The notes under the pieces were generated by a model. That model was given only the letters and a program-made list of their open reading frames with translations, had not been told where the DNA came from and did not search any database. Both the position numbers and the translations under genes were made by a program. 20,000 nucleotides of DNA, taken from the sequence record SRR31156797_5453; one strand, 5' to 3'. Position 1 is the first letter of the stretch. Each line of letters starts with the position of its first letter. Below, piece after piece: positions 1 through 7,802 of this stretch.

Positions 1-1
1 T

Positions 2-868
2 CTTGATGAGTCGCTAGAGATCGAAACGTTAGCACAAGTCGCATCACTTTCTGTATTTTATTATCAACGCTTATTTACTCGCTTAGTTAAAATTTCTGTT
101 AGGGAATATATAAAACTGCGTCGTCTGGCCAGAGCCGCTGTTTTATTAAAAGACAGAAAAAGTCGAGTCATTGAGGTCGCATTTGAGGTTGGTTTTAACA
201 GCCATGCAGCATTTTCAAGAACCTTTAAGACCGTTTATGGACTTTCACCTTCTCTTTACCAAAAAGCGCCGATCGGTTTGCAAAATTTTGATAAGCCGGA
301 TCTATCTTTAGGGTATATTGTCACAGAAGAAGGCAATCCATTGATCAGCGAAGGAGTCGTTTTGGAGATTCAGAAGAAGCGAAATCAGCAACCGCTGGTT
401 TTTTGTGGCGTTGTTGGTTACTATCCATTTAAGTATGGAAAAATGCTGGGCCAACGAACAGGGATTGATCCGATTGACGATATTTGGCATGATTTTTATC
501 AAAAGACTGCCAATCAGCCTCGCACCGATCATTGCCTGATCGGTGTTTCATTTCCGGGAGATGCGCCTGAAGGCTATTCAAGTTATTTTGTTGGTCAAAT
601 ATCTGATGGTTCGCAATTTCTCAACTGCACTGAATGGACTTTACCAGAACGTGAGTATATTGTTTGCAGTTTTGATACGGTCTCAGAGCAACTGATCATC
701 AATATGGGAAAGGCGATGCGTTATACCCGTTTTTGGCTCAAGAAAAATGGCTGGATTGCTGAGAATTTTTTTCCTGAGCTTTATCAAAAAGGGGAAAATC
801 ATGTGGTTCATGTCGAATTATGGATTCCTTTTAAAAAAAGAATTAAGATGCAAGGAGGAACAGAATAA
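2..868 (+). CDS. AraC-family transcriptional regulator with C-terminal GyrI-like effector-binding domain (5'-truncated by window edge)
   Basis: The frame of ORF 278..868 is open back to base 2 and reads LDESLEIETLAQVASLSVFYYQRLFTRLVKISVREYIKLRRLARAAVLLKDRKSRVIEVAFEVGFNSHAAFSRTFKTVYGLSPSLY, a typical AraC double HTH. The C-terminal part (EWTLPEREYIVCSF...FWLKKNGW...ELY...VELWIP) resembles GyrI-like domains. The true start lies upstream of the window. Confidence 0.9.
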   Translation, partial: LDESLEIETLAQVASLSVFYYQRLFTRLVKISVREYIKLRRLARAAVLLKDRKSRVIEVAFEVGFNSHAAFSRTFKTVYGLSPSLYQKAPIGLQNFDKPDLSLGYIVTEEGNPLISEGVVLEIQKKRNQQPLVFCGVVGYYPFKYGKMLGQRTGIDPIDDIWHDFYQKTANQPRTDHCLIGVSFPGDAPEGYSSYFVGQISDGSQFLNCTEWTLPEREYIVCSFDTVSEQLIINMGKAMRYTRFWLKKNGWIAENFFPELYQKGENHVVHVELWIPFKKRIKMQGGTE

Positions 869-1359
869 TGACCCACCAGTATGAAGAAGGAATAAAGCTG
901 CTTGAAGAAAAATTCGGACATTTTAAAGACAATGTGATTGCCCTTGCGACGACAGCTTGTGACAAAACTGTAGAGGGACACATACAACCAGTCGTTCGAG
1001 AAGTTGATGCTTTTTATGAAGAGGGCGTTTTTTACGTGTCGACACACGAGCAATCCAATAAAATCAAGCAAATCAAAAAGAATCCAGCAGTTTCCATTGC
1101 CGTTAGCGGTGAATGGTTTACTGCGGTCGGTCAAGGGGAGAATTTAGGTTGGGTGCTAGACCCTAAAAATGCAGAATTAAGAAGCAAAATTCGCAAAGCC
1201 TTTGTCTGGTACGACGAAGTCAACAATGAGAATGATAAAGGCTGTTGCTTTCTAGCAATCCATTTGACCAAAGGAACGTTGAATATCAATCATTGGGAAA
1301 AGCTGTATCATTTTGATTTCGAGAAGAAAGTCACTATGGAGGATGGTGGAATTTATTAG
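868..1359 (+). CDS. Pyridoxamine 5'-phosphate oxidase-like FMN-binding split-barrel protein
   Basis: Motifs IALATT, P.VR.VDAFYEEGVFYVSTHEQSNKIKQIKKNPAVSI. RBS AAGGAGG upstream. TAATG stop/start overlap with the AraC gene. Confidence 0.8.
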   Translation: MTHQYEEGIKLLEEKFGHFKDNVIALATTACDKTVEGHIQPVVREVDAFYEEGVFYVSTHEQSNKIKQIKKNPAVSIAVSGEWFTAVGQGENLGWVLDPKNAELRSKIRKAFVWYDEVNNENDKGCCFLAIHLTKGTLNINHWEKLYHFDFEKKVTMEDGGIY

Positions 1360-1511
1360 CCAACAGAACCTACTGGCTGCAGGTGAGTTTCAATTGCCAT
1401 TCTATCGGATCTAGCAGATACTTCGATGGCTAAATTCTGAGAAGGTTTGCCTTTTGTGGTTTAAGCTAAGGAAAATTGTCGCTGAAAGAGCAGTAGATAG
1501 AAGGAAAAAGC

Positions 1512-1570
1512 ATAAAAACCGATCACAAGCGCGTGCCTCTTCGCAGCGCTTTTGTGGTCGGTTCTTTTAT
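1512..1570. terminator. Probable bidirectional intrinsic terminator between convergent genes
   Basis: Imperfect inverted repeat AACCGATCACAAGCGC...GCGCTTTTGTGGTCGGTT with an A-run on the left and CTTTTAT on the right. Confidence 0.7.
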
Positions 1571-1612
1571 TGATTACACTATGATTTTTTGATCCGAATA
1601 GACTGAGAGCAG

Positions 1613-3313
1613 CTAGGACTGTTTTAATCTCAAAATTCCCTCATCAGGTGTCACAAAAAGCGTTTTTTGATTCTCATAAATGACGAATCCAGGCTTGGCA
1701 CCATTCGGTTTCCGAATATGTTTGACTTGCACGTAGTCCACCGGTACTTGGGCAGATTGACGATATTTTGAGAAATATGCGGCAAGCTCTGCAGCTTCCA
1801 TTAAGGTTGTCTCACTAGGATCATCCGAACGAATGATGACATGCGAACCAGGAATGTTTTTAGTGTGCAGCCAGATATCACTCTTACGAGCTGTTTTTAA
1901 GGTCAGTTGGTCATTTTGTAAATTGTTTTTTCCGACGAAAATTTCAGTTCCGTCTGAAGAAAGAAATCGTTCTGGTTGCGAAGGAGCGGCTTTTTTACGC
2001 TGTTTCGTCCGATTTTTGACATAGCCTTGTGCAATCAGTTCTTCCCGAATAACCGCCAGATCCATTGGAGAGGCGATTTCTAATTGGGCTAACACGGATT
2101 CGAGATACGCGATTTCTTCTTTCGTTTCGGCAATCTGCTGATGGACCAGTTTGACAGCATTTTTTAATTTCTGATAACGTTGAAAATATTTCTGAGCATT
2201 TTGATTGGGAGAAAGAGCGGGATCTAATTTGATCGTCAAAAGCCGATTCTCATCATAGTAATTTTCCAAATCAACTGAAGCAGCACCACGGGGGACTTGA
2301 TTCATAAAGGTCGTCAAAAGCTCACCTTTTTGACGAAATTCTTCGGCGTTTTCTGAATCGATTAACGTTTGTTGGCGTTTCTTTAACTTCAATTGGTTCC
2401 GTTTCAGTTCATTCTCAATCTTCTTTAGTAATTCGCCACCTTGTTGTTTGACCCGATCTCTTTCCGCCTTGTCGTGATAAAACGCATCTAAAAGCTCGCT
2501 CAGACTCTGATAAGAGGTGACAGTGGTGGTCGCATCGATCAATGATGGATAGGGAATTGGTGTAAAATATTCCTTTTTCTCTGACTGGAGATAACTTGGT
2601 GCTAGCTCCTGGGTAAGCTCTGTAAAGAAAGCTTCCCACTGACGCAGTTTTTCATTGGGATTGGCATTGATTCGAGCGATTAATTCTTCTGCTGTATCGC
2701 GGCCTAAGCCTTGGAATCGTTGTTGAAGTTCTTTTGCCGTCAAGGGATCGATGGTCGATAATTCTTCAAAAATTTTGGTGCGAGAGGCTGTAAAAGGATT
2801 AAGTGTTGTTTGCTTTGGTGGTGCAATATAAGTAGCACCCGGTAATAAAGTACGATACGTATTTTGTGAATGACCAATGTGTTTGATTGTATCGACAATT
2901 TTTCCGCTCGTCTTATTCATTAATAAAATCGTGCTGTGACGGCCCATCAATTCGACAATCAAGACGAGGGATTGTAAATCACCTAGTTCATCTCGTCGAG
3001 TAAAATGAAAATGGATCACACGGTCATTGTCGATTTGTTCGATTGATTCTAAGATCGCCCCTTCTAAATATTTCCGCAGCATCATCAAGAAATTCGGTGG
3101 GGTTTCTGGATTGCTATAGGCGATCGTTGTGCATTGCACACGAGCATAGGTGGGATGTGCGGATAGCAAAAGTTTATGATTTTTCCCTTGGGCACGGAGC
3201 ACAAATACGACCTCATTTTCATAAGGTTGATGAATTTTGTTCACACGTCCACTGGTTAATTGATTTTGTAATTCTTTGACCATTAAATGGGTAAAAACAC
3301 CATCAAAAGACAT
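1613..3313 (-). CDS. rqcH: Rqc2/RqcH ribosome quality control protein (NFACT family; FbpA/PavA-type 'fibronectin-binding protein')
   Basis: 566 aa. N-terminal MSFDG, NDRVI and ELMGRHS motifs, coiled coil, NAQKYFQRYQKLK, C-terminal NFACT-R motifs VGKNNLQND, WLHTKNIPGSHV, AAYFSKYR and KPNGAKPGFVIY. RBS-like AAGAGGG upstream. Confidence 0.95.
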   Translation of the reverse strand: MSFDGVFTHLMVKELQNQLTSGRVNKIHQPYENEVVFVLRAQGKNHKLLLSAHPTYARVQCTTIAYSNPETPPNFLMMLRKYLEGAILESIEQIDNDRVIHFHFTRRDELGDLQSLVLIVELMGRHSTILLMNKTSGKIVDTIKHIGHSQNTYRTLLPGATYIAPPKQTTLNPFTASRTKIFEELSTIDPLTAKELQQRFQGLGRDTAEELIARINANPNEKLRQWEAFFTELTQELAPSYLQSEKKEYFTPIPYPSLIDATTTVTSYQSLSELLDAFYHDKAERDRVKQQGGELLKKIENELKRNQLKLKKRQQTLIDSENAEEFRQKGELLTTFMNQVPRGAASVDLENYYDENRLLTIKLDPALSPNQNAQKYFQRYQKLKNAVKLVHQQIAETKEEIAYLESVLAQLEIASPMDLAVIREELIAQGYVKNRTKQRKKAAPSQPERFLSSDGTEIFVGKNNLQNDQLTLKTARKSDIWLHTKNIPGSHVIIRSDDPSETTLMEAAELAAYFSKYRQSAQVPVDYVQVKHIRKPNGAKPGFVIYENQKTLFVTPDEGILRLKQS

Positions 3314-3421
3314 ATTGTTTCCCTCTTTTCTTATAAGGATAGTTTGACTGAGGGATTGATCCTTCCAATGTCAAATATTCCTATCTATTATACCGAAGAA
3401 TCCAAAGAAAAGCCATGGCAG

Positions 3422-3820
3422 CTAGCTTTCCTTTTTCTTGTTAGGTTGGTGATCGGTGGTTTGCAGTGCACGCTCAATTTCTTTGTTCAAGAAATAAGAG
3501 ATGACTGTTCGAATAATAACGACTGCAGCTAGACGTACGATGTCTTCGAAAGTAGGGTGGATGATCGTCTCAATAATATCTGCTGCAATCAAGATCTCAA
3601 GACCTAATAAGACATAACTCCCTAAATAATTGCGGATAAAATTATTCTCTCTGGCTGCCACCAAACGGTCCTTTTCTGTTAATTCGTAGCGCACGAAATC
3701 AATGCCTGCGATCAATACACCCCAAACGATGACGAAAATGGAGAGAAAGTTTAAACAGACAACAATGAAATCGAAGATTGGGTTGGCTCCAGTCATCAAA
3801 GAACTAGCTAGATTATGCAT
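3422..3820 (-). CDS. DUF1622-family small membrane protein
   Basis: Hydrophobic helices with the motif R.YLGSYVLLGLEILIAADIIETI..PTF.DI..LAAVVIIRTVISYFL.KEI. RBS AGGAG before the ATG. Confidence 0.85.
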   Translation of the reverse strand: MHNLASSLMTGANPIFDFIVVCLNFLSIFVIVWGVLIAGIDFVRYELTEKDRLVAARENNFIRNYLGSYVLLGLEILIAADIIETIIHPTFEDIVRLAAVVIIRTVISYFLNKEIERALQTTDHQPNKKKES

Positions 3821-3845
3821 AATGACTCCTTTACCGTTTTCTTTT

Positions 3846-3874
3846 ATCTTACCGAATTATCGAAGAAATGTGAA
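3846..3874 (-). promoter_or_regulatory. Putative sigma-A promoter for the DUF1622 gene
   Basis: Minus strand reads TTCACA-N17-TAAGAT. Confidence 0.55.
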
Positions 3875-3879
3875 GTTTC

Positions 3880-3908
3880 TTGACGTTCTAGAAGGGAATT
3901 GATAGTAT
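3880..3908 (+). promoter_or_regulatory. Putative sigma-A promoter (divergent, back-to-back with the previous one)
   Basis: TTGACG (3880-3885)-N17-TAGTAT (3903-3908), with extended -10 TG at 3900-3901. Confidence 0.65.
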
Positions 3909-3946
3909 GAATTAATAGTAGGATTTTTAAAAAAGGTGGGCAAATT

Positions 3947-4522
3947 ATGGAACAAGTTAGGAACTTTGTTCATTACACGAAAGAAAAAACAGTGGAAAGC
4001 TGGCAGGCTTTGTTAGATGATCTATACCGAGATCAGAAAAAAACGATTTTCACGCTGATCGGAGGCATTCTTTTCGCGCTGGTTTTTGCAGGCTTGATCG
4101 TTTTTTCTCAAAATCGCATCAACGCCTCTTTAGTGGATCGAATCGCTTTCGACAAGTTACCTTCGGAAAAAGTACAGCCATTACCATATTTGACAGCTGA
4201 TAAGACGATTCGAGAAACAAGAGCGATTTCTGTGATGTACAGTAAACCAAATGGCCCACAGCTGGATCAAGTGTTTGATCTGATCCAAGCACAGGAAGAC
4301 GAAATGAATCGAACATTTTTTTATTATCCGATCGTCTATGACGTGGCATTTTTCTCCAATGAATATGACATTGATCCTGATAAAGTGACCTTTGTCTTCT
4401 ATGAAGAAGGAGTCGAGAAAAATCGCTTTACTTTTGATTCATTTGAGCAGCCAACGACGGAATTCATCCCAGAATTGAATCGTTTACCCATGTGGACGAT
4501 TCGTTCTTCTGCCAATGATTGA
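3947..4522 (+). CDS. Hypothetical single-pass membrane protein, possible thioredoxin-like fold without CxxC
   Basis: 191 aa, RBS AAAGGTGG, one hydrophobic segment (IFTLIGGILFALVFAGLIVF). The C-terminal YDI....TFVFYEEGVEKNRF pattern recalls the thioredoxin fold. No cysteines. The fold call is inference. Confidence 0.65.
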   Translation: MEQVRNFVHYTKEKTVESWQALLDDLYRDQKKTIFTLIGGILFALVFAGLIVFSQNRINASLVDRIAFDKLPSEKVQPLPYLTADKTIRETRAISVMYSKPNGPQLDQVFDLIQAQEDEMNRTFFYYPIVYDVAFFSNEYDIDPDKVTFVFYEEGVEKNRFTFDSFEQPTTEFIPELNRLPMWTIRSSAND

Positions 4523-4525
4523 TAA

Positions 4526-4552
4526 AAAAATCTGACAATTTGACAGAAAATT
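4526..4552 (+). promoter_or_regulatory. Candidate tandem CodY boxes abutting the -35 of the transporter promoter
   Basis: ATTTGACAGAAAATT (4538-4552, 3 mismatches) and AAAAATCTGACAATT (4526-4540, 4 mismatches) versus consensus AATTTTCWGAAAATT. Confidence 0.4.
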
Positions 4553-4553
4553 G

Positions 4554-4582
4554 TTGACGTTTTTTTATCAATAGGCTAAACT
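4554..4582 (+). promoter_or_regulatory. Sigma-A promoter of the Trp-leader/ABC transporter operon
   Basis: TTGACG (4554-4559)-N17-TAAACT (4577-4582). Confidence 0.8.
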
Positions 4583-4626
4583 GAATTCAATCAAGAAAGA
4601 AAACAAGTTGAGAAGGAGGAACAATC

Positions 4627-4680
4627 ATGAAACTATTTATTCCATTGCAAGTGAAATCATGGCAAAACTGGCGTAGATAG
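4627..4680 (+). CDS. Putative Trp-sensing leader peptide MKLFIPLQVKSWQNWRR (17 aa)
   Basis: Strong RBS AAGGAGGA (4613-4620) 6 nt before the ATG. TGG codons at 4660-4662 and 4669-4671. Lies between the promoter and attenuator hairpins upstream of a TrpX-family transporter. Too short for the ORF track. Confidence 0.85.
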   Translation: MKLFIPLQVKSWQNWRR

Positions 4681-4766
4681 TTGTATTGATGGGACCTCAT
4701 TCCATAGATACAACTTTTTAGAGAACCTTCTAAAGTGCTGTATCTATGCTGGTAGTTGAATTTATC

Positions 4767-4797
4767 GCCGCATAGGACAACCTTCTATGCGGCTTTT
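4767..4797 (+). terminator. Leader terminator T1 (conditional)
   Basis: Perfect 9-bp stem GCCGCATAG (4767-4775)/CTATGCGGC (4785-4793) followed by TTTTGCTT (short U-tract). Confidence 0.65.
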
Positions 4798-4805
4798 GCT
4801 TACTT

Positions 4806-4838
4806 GCAATTGCCGTCACATAGGCAGTTGCTTTTTTT
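4806..4838 (+). terminator. Leader terminator T2 (conditional)
   Basis: Stem GCAATTGCC (4806-4814)/GGCAGTTGC (4823-4831) with one G-U pair, followed by T7. Confidence 0.8.
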
Positions 4839-4899
4839 GTTCTCAAAAACCGTAAAAACGAAAACATGAAAAACTTAAGCAGAAAAAGGAGAATGAAAA

Positions 4900-5952
4900 A
4901 TGAAAAACAAGGGATTAATTGCATCGGTTGCCGTTATTTTATTATTTTTAGGAGCGACCTTTGTCTATCAGTTAGGAATGAGAAGTGGGACCAATCAAGC
5001 CAGTGAGACTTCGGAACCAGTAGAAAAAGCTGAAAAAACAGTTGGGATCCTGCAGTTTGTCAGTCATGAAGCGTTAGATGCGATCACCGAGGGGATCAAA
5101 GAAGGCCTTAAAGAATCAGGCTATACCGAAGGGGACAACTTGACGATCGAATTCCAAAACGGCCAAGCGGATCAAAGTAAATTGGCAACGATGAGTCAGC
5201 AGCTGCTAAATAAAGATGCCGACGTTTTGGTTGGGGTAGCAACACCCGCAGCACAAGCGTTGGCGAATGTCACTCAGGATGTACCAATCGTTTTAGGAGC
5301 GGTCACTGATCCAGTTGGGGCAAATCTCGTGGCAGATATGGATCAACCCGGCGGAAATATCACTGGTGTTTCAGATAAAGCACCCGTCGCTGCGCAAATC
5401 AAACTAGCAAAAGATTTGCTACCGGAGGCAAAAACAGTCGGCATTTTGTATTCTTCGACCGAAGACAATTCGAAATACCAAGTGGCAGAAGCAGAAGCTG
5501 CTGCCGAAGAAAATGGCTTGACCAGCAAATCGTATGCCGTTCCTTCAAGTAACGAAATTGCTCAAATGGTGCAAGTGATGGCACGAGAAGTCGACTTTAT
5601 CTATATTCCGTTAGATAATACGATTGCAAACGCAATGCAGACGGTAGTACAAGAAGCCAATAAATCAAAAACGCCCATCATCACGTCTGTTGATACGATG
5701 GTGGAACAAGGCGGCTTAGCAACGGTTGGGCAAGATCAATTTACGATTGGGGTCGAAACCGGGAAGATGGTGGCAGCAATTCTTGACGGGACGGCCGAAC
5801 CTGCGACAACGCCGATCTATACATTCAGCGATGGCGAAACGATCATTAATGAAACACAAGCGCAGTTATTGGGAATCACTATCCCAGAAAACCTCAAAGA
5901 CGAGGCAAAATTGATTACAACGACACCGGAAAGTGAAGCAAGTGATGAGTAA
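4900..5952 (+). CDS. trpX: Tryptophan/aromatic amino acid ABC transporter substrate-binding protein (TrpX family)
   Basis: Motifs VGILQFVSHEALD, NGQADQSKL, VATPAAQAL, GAVTDPVGA, GGNITGVSD, EDNS, PLDNTIANA. N-terminal hydrophobic anchor without a lipobox Cys. RBS AAAGGAG. The Trp-rich leader supports the specificity. Confidence 0.85.
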   Translation: MKNKGLIASVAVILLFLGATFVYQLGMRSGTNQASETSEPVEKAEKTVGILQFVSHEALDAITEGIKEGLKESGYTEGDNLTIEFQNGQADQSKLATMSQQLLNKDADVLVGVATPAAQALANVTQDVPIVLGAVTDPVGANLVADMDQPGGNITGVSDKAPVAAQIKLAKDLLPEAKTVGILYSSTEDNSKYQVAEAEAAAEENGLTSKSYAVPSSNEIAQMVQVMAREVDFIYIPLDNTIANAMQTVVQEANKSKTPIITSVDTMVEQGGLATVGQDQFTIGVETGKMVAAILDGTAEPATTPIYTFSDGETIINETQAQLLGITIPENLKDEAKLITTTPESEASDE

Positions 5953-6027
5953 CAATTAGGAACAGCAATCACCTGCGATCACCGAGAGAGTCTTGAAAGA
6001 GAAAACTTGTAAGAATATGGAGGAAGA

Positions 6028-6915
6028 ATGATGATTGTTTCAGCAATAGGGCAAGGGCTACTTTGGGGAATCCTGGGATTAGGGATTTTTATGACCTATC
6101 GTATTTTGAATTTCCCGGATATGACGACGGAAGGGTCCTTTCCGTTAGGCGGTGCTGTCTGTGTGACAGCGATCACCCATGGGGTGTCGCCCGTCTTAGC
6201 GACTTTGTTAGGAGTATTGGCTGGGATGTGTGCGGGCTGTGTGACAGGACTTCTTTATACAAAAGGCAAAATTCCCGTGATTTTAGCAGGTATTTTGGTG
6301 ATGTCTTCATTGAACTCGGTCATGCTGTTTGTGATGCGCTCACCAAACCTCTCTTTATTAAACCAACCGAAAATTCAAGATTTTTTTACTAGAATGAATT
6401 TACCGAATTATTATGATACGGTGATTATCGGATTGATCATGGTCTTGTTGATTGGGGGCGTCTTGGTTTACTTTTTCCATACCAACTTGGGTCAAGCTTA
6501 TATTGCTACCGGGGATAATGAACACATGGCCAAGTCAATGGGAATCAATACGGATCGAATGAAAATCATTGGACTGATCGTCTCCAATGGCGTGATCGCA
6601 CTCTCAGGCGCATTGATCGCTCAAAACGACGGCTACGCCGACATAAGCAAGGGAATCGGTGTGATCGTTATCGGACTGGCGTCAATCATCATTGGTGAGG
6701 TATTATATGGTGAATTGACCTTGCTGGAACGTCTGATCGCTATCGTGATCGGCAGCATTATCTACCAATTATTGATACTATTTGTGATCAAAGCTGGATT
6801 TGATACGACTTACTTGAAGATCTTCTCTGCAATCGTCTTGACGATCTGCCTGTTGATCCCTCAATTTAAACAAGCCTTGCATCTACGCACTGGTTTTGAA
6901 ACGGAGGATGAATAA
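6028..6915 (+). CDS. ABC transporter permease (partner of TrpX)
   Basis: Multi-pass hydrophobic protein with RILNFPDMTTEGSFPLGGAV, ATGDNEHMA and GVIVIGLASIIIGE. RBS GGAGG. Confidence 0.92.
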   Translation: MMIVSAIGQGLLWGILGLGIFMTYRILNFPDMTTEGSFPLGGAVCVTAITHGVSPVLATLLGVLAGMCAGCVTGLLYTKGKIPVILAGILVMSSLNSVMLFVMRSPNLSLLNQPKIQDFFTRMNLPNYYDTVIIGLIMVLLIGGVLVYFFHTNLGQAYIATGDNEHMAKSMGINTDRMKIIGLIVSNGVIALSGALIAQNDGYADISKGIGVIVIGLASIIIGEVLYGELTLLERLIAIVIGSIIYQLLILFVIKAGFDTTYLKIFSAIVLTICLLIPQFKQALHLRTGFETEDE

Positions 6916-7673
6916 TGTTAGCCTTAAAAAAAGCCTTTAAAGTTGTCGGCAACGGACCGAATGAGAAAAAAGTGCTCTTGAATAAAATCGATCTTTCTTT
7001 AAAACCAGGAGAATTTGTCACGGTCGTCGGAGGAAATGGCGCCGGCAAAAGTACGCTATTCAACTGCATCTCAGGCACCATGCCCTTGACGAGTGGGCAA
7101 GTGATGATCGATGATCAAAACGTGACCGCACTTTCGGAAGAAAAACGTGCCCGCTTTTTGGCACGTGTCTTCCAAGACCCGAAAATGGGCACTGCTCCCC
7201 GTATGACAGTGGCAGAAAATCTGCTGTTAGCACAAAAAAGAGGGCAAAAACGGTCACTTGGTCTTCGACAACTCCAAGGACAAAGGGAAATGTTCTTTGC
7301 GCTTTGTAAAGAAATCGGCAATGGGTTGGAAAATCATTTGGATACGCCAACGGGCAGTTTATCTGGTGGTCAACGACAGGCACTAAGTTTATTGATGGCA
7401 ACGATTCAAACACCAAAACTGTTGTTGCTAGATGAACATACGGCTGCGTTAGACCCAAAGACCTCCAAACAGCTGATGCAAATCACTGCAAGACGCGTGG
7501 AAGAACAAAACCTAACTTGTCTCATGATCACCCATCGGATGGAAGATGCATTAAAATACGGAGACCGCCTGATCCTGCTCAGAAAAGGGGAAATCGTCAA
7601 GGATCTTTCAGCAGATGAAAAAGCTCGCTTAAGTTTACCAGAACTGTTACTGTTCTTTGAAGACGACTTATAA
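6915..7673 (+). CDS. ABC transporter ATP-binding protein
   Basis: Walker A GGNGAGKST, signature LSGGQRQ, Walker B LLLLDEH, H-loop ITH. TAATG coupling to the permease. Confidence 0.95.
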   Translation: MLALKKAFKVVGNGPNEKKVLLNKIDLSLKPGEFVTVVGGNGAGKSTLFNCISGTMPLTSGQVMIDDQNVTALSEEKRARFLARVFQDPKMGTAPRMTVAENLLLAQKRGQKRSLGLRQLQGQREMFFALCKEIGNGLENHLDTPTGSLSGGQRQALSLLMATIQTPKLLLLDEHTAALDPKTSKQLMQITARRVEEQNLTCLMITHRMEDALKYGDRLILLRKGEIVKDLSADEKARLSLPELLLFFEDDL

Positions 7674-7738
7674 GCCCTTGATAGAACAGTGTTTTCAAAA
7701 AAAATAATCAAATAAATGAAAAAAATAAGAAAAAATCA

Positions 7739-7767
7739 TTGACATCTTTCAAAGTTAAACCTATACT
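7739..7767 (+). promoter_or_regulatory. Sigma-A promoter of the aro operon, with upstream A-rich (UP-like) tract
   Basis: TTGACA (7739-7744)-N17-TATACT (7762-7767). Confidence 0.9.
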
Positions 7768-7802
7768 TAGGTCAATCTTACATCAGTTTGGAGCGAAGGA
7801 CT

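Larger units (their letters stand above)
4680..4838 (+). promoter_or_regulatory. Transcription attenuator (relay of alternative helices with two terminators) of the ABC transporter operon
   Basis: Seg1 GTTGTATTGATGG (4680-4692) pairs with seg2 CCATAGATACAAC (4702-4714). CATAGATACA in seg2 pairs perfectly with seg3 TGTATCTATG (4739-4748). Seg3 also pairs with GCATAGGACA (4770-4779). Seg4:5 forms T1, seg5 pairs with GCCG(TCA)CATAG (4812-4823), and seg6:7 forms T2. Confidence 0.8.

Noticed and set aside
278-868. ORF-track start at 278 as an independent 196-aa gene
   Set aside because: The frame is open to the window edge and encodes the AraC HTH, so TTG 278 is internal.
1360-1511. About 150-nt unexplained intergenic stretch after the PNPOx-like gene
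   Set aside because: No ORF with an RBS, promoter or recognisable RNA motif. Only a weak AGCCA/TGGCT stem.
3043-3902. Short plus-strand ORFs 3043..3279, 3287..3532 and 3702..3902, and other 60-130 aa shadow ORFs across the window
   Set aside because: They overlap well-supported genes on the opposite strand or in another frame, with no recognisable motifs.
4730-4924. 64-aa minus-strand ORF over the transporter leader
   Set aside because: Antisense to the attenuator and the trpX start. Its hydrophobic look comes from A-runs on the plus strand. No family resemblance.
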